Shown in pieces: positions 62,843 to 64,000 of a stretch of 64,000 nucleotides of DNA; within the stretch, counting starts at the first letter, position 1; each line of letters opens with the position of its first letter. A program made the position numbers and the translations under genes. This DNA comes from a virus, in the IMG/VR virus record IMGVR_UViG_3300049830_000285, positions 96,001 through 160,000 of that record; one strand, given 5' to 3'. The notes beneath the pieces are model-generated. The model was not told the DNA's origin. It made no database searches and saw only the letters and a list, made by a program, of their open reading frames with translations.

Positions 62843-63100
62843 TTATTCTACCACGCCTGCGTGTGGGTCGAAGTCTTTATTCAACGCATCTTCAAGTTTG
62901 TCTGGAAAACCATCGCCGCTATATTCCCAAGCAGCATCGTGCATATTCACTTCTACAACTTCGCAATCTTTGTAAAGCTCAATGATTCTCTTAGGTTCCA
63001 TGCGTTCCCATTTGTCTTGCTGGTAGTCAACTAACTCACCATTCTTGTAATATCCCTCTCCCCACTCAACTCTAACGACTGTAAGCACTGTTTGTGACAT
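62843..63100 (-). CDS. Hypothetical protein
   Basis: TGTATAAT-N6-ATG; WGEGYYKNGEL..GFPDKL. Confidence 0.6.
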   Translation of the reverse strand: MSQTVLTVVRVEWGEGYYKNGELVDYQQDKWERMEPKRIIELYKDCEVVEVNMHDAAWEYSGDGFPDKLEDALNKDFDPHAGVVE

Positions 63101-63130
63101 ACTGTTATTATACATGAAATTGGACTTAGA

Positions 63131-63469
63131 TTATTCAATGGTGTCTTGTAATATGCGTTCCCATGCGTCCCAGTATTCAGACGGGCCTGTAGGAAAAGTA
63201 GATGTGCCATTTCGACGGAGATTGCACTCCTCTAAAGCCGCCTCTTCGCTTGCATAATGTTCATGAAAAGCTGGTGTACCTCCAGCATTAAAAACCAAGG
63301 CCCATATTCTGACACCTGTTTTGTTAGCAGGGAAACATTCGACTGTTGCATCAGATAATCGTCGCGCAGCATCAGCTACGCCCTCTGCATGTTTTCGACT
63401 GTAATATCCAGAATGGTAACTTTCCCCGCGACATGTGCCACGCACTTCATAAAGTTCAATTCGTTCCAC
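63131..63469 (-). CDS. Hypothetical protein
   Basis: TGCTATAAT-N6-GTG. Confidence 0.55.
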   Translation of the reverse strand: MERIELYEVRGTCRGESYHSGYYSRKHAEGVADAARRLSDATVECFPANKTGVRIWALVFNAGGTPAFHEHYASEEAALEECNLRRNGTSTFPTGPSEYWDAWERILQDTIE

Positions 63470-63613
63470 TGATTTATTATAGCATAAATTGGAGTGCAGG
63501 TGCCAGTCTTTATTTGCACATCCGTCATATGTTCGGTGCTAGACGCTCCACGTATCCTGCTTTAAACCAGTCGTCATCTGGCTATGCATACATATTATAC
63601 CACAACTTAAAGA

Positions 63614-63713
63614 TGGAGCGCTCGATGGGATTTGAACGTGCATTTGCATCCTTTACCTTACTCAACCTTCGCAAAGTTGGCGGTTACATGCAAAGTACCT
63701 CGATTACGAGCGC
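63614..63713 (-). ncRNA. tRNA-like RNA with perfect acceptor stem and non-canonical body
   Basis: GCGCUCG/CGAGCGC, U73, CCA, GUUCAAAUC; T-stem broken; inner CAACU-UUGCGAA-GGUUG hairpin. Confidence 0.5.
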
Positions 63714-63739
63714 ATGTTTGGTGCTTTCTTGTATATTGT

Positions 63740-63964
63740 TCACGTGACTAATTTACAAGAAGAAGAAGTAATGCTATATATAGCTGGGTTTTGTGCGCAT
63801 GTGTTTTTACACCTTGAATTAACTCCTAAGTGCAAAACAATGCTTGCAACACTTCGTGAAGATAATAAGTTAAAAGCAGCTTTTAACAAAACTCTTGATG
63901 AGATGGGCGAGGTTAACACTTTGACGCCAGACGGTGTTGTTAAAATTAAAGATTTTATCAACAA
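63740..63964 (-). CDS. Possible small ORF; the opposite-strand ORF 63714..63968 (+) is the alternative
   Basis: Two overlapping candidates, neither with a motif; strand cannot be decided. Confidence 0.25.
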   Translation of the reverse strand: MLIKSLILTTPSGVKVLTSPISSRVLLKAAFNLLSSRSVASIVLHLGVNSRCKNTCAQNPAIYSITSSSCKLVT

Positions 63965-64000
63965 TTAGGTAAGGGTATAGACTCTTCGCTCCATTCTTGA

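Noticed and set aside
63490-63600. Intergenic stretch ending in CUCCA on the minus strand after a TATAAT
   Set aside because: No acceptor stem or T-loop; the pairings are short and ambiguous.
1-64000. Stop-codon reassignment
   Set aside because: ORFs of 2300-2900 codons and all recognisable enzymes are intact in code 11, TAA/TAG/TGA all end real genes, and no suppressor tRNA was seen.
1-64000. CRISPR array, rRNA, tmRNA, integrase or transposase
   Set aside because: No regular repeat-spacer pattern or diagnostic motifs were seen.

Overview
AT-rich segment of a jumbo (huge) phage genome; standard genetic code; host not determinable from this window. 1-24 kb holds three giant virion-associated ORFs (2632, 2293 and 2874 aa) built from tail-fibre-type, Ig/SwmB-like, PA14 and Asp-box modules. 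24-64 kb is a mostly minus-strand accessory region rich in translation and cofactor genes: Pth2, truncated AlaRS and GlyRS, LysRS, RNA ligase, FolD, CoaE, NadE, ADP-ribosylglycohydrolase, nucleoside hydrolase and several HNH nucleases. Main finding: a tRNA array limited to Ile/Val/Ala/Met anticodons lies directly behind an unannotated 25-codon leader (MRYNRN-IMVMAIVVAAAIIA-EDVLT). The leader is followed by an intrinsic terminator, carries a perfect 8-bp antiterminator in its last codons, and is followed by an rrn-like boxB/boxA. This looks like a ribosome-coupled attenuator that would switch on spare tRNAs when those tRNAs become limiting. Second finding: a 227-nt RNase P RNA lacking almost all of the S-domain, with a covarying P4 (34108-34334). 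Also seen: a recurrent TCCTCA-N16-18-TAnnnT promoter, widespread leaderless genes, many non-canonical tRNAs and possible capsid-protein fragments. All family assignments are by eye from motifs; no searches or folding programs were run.
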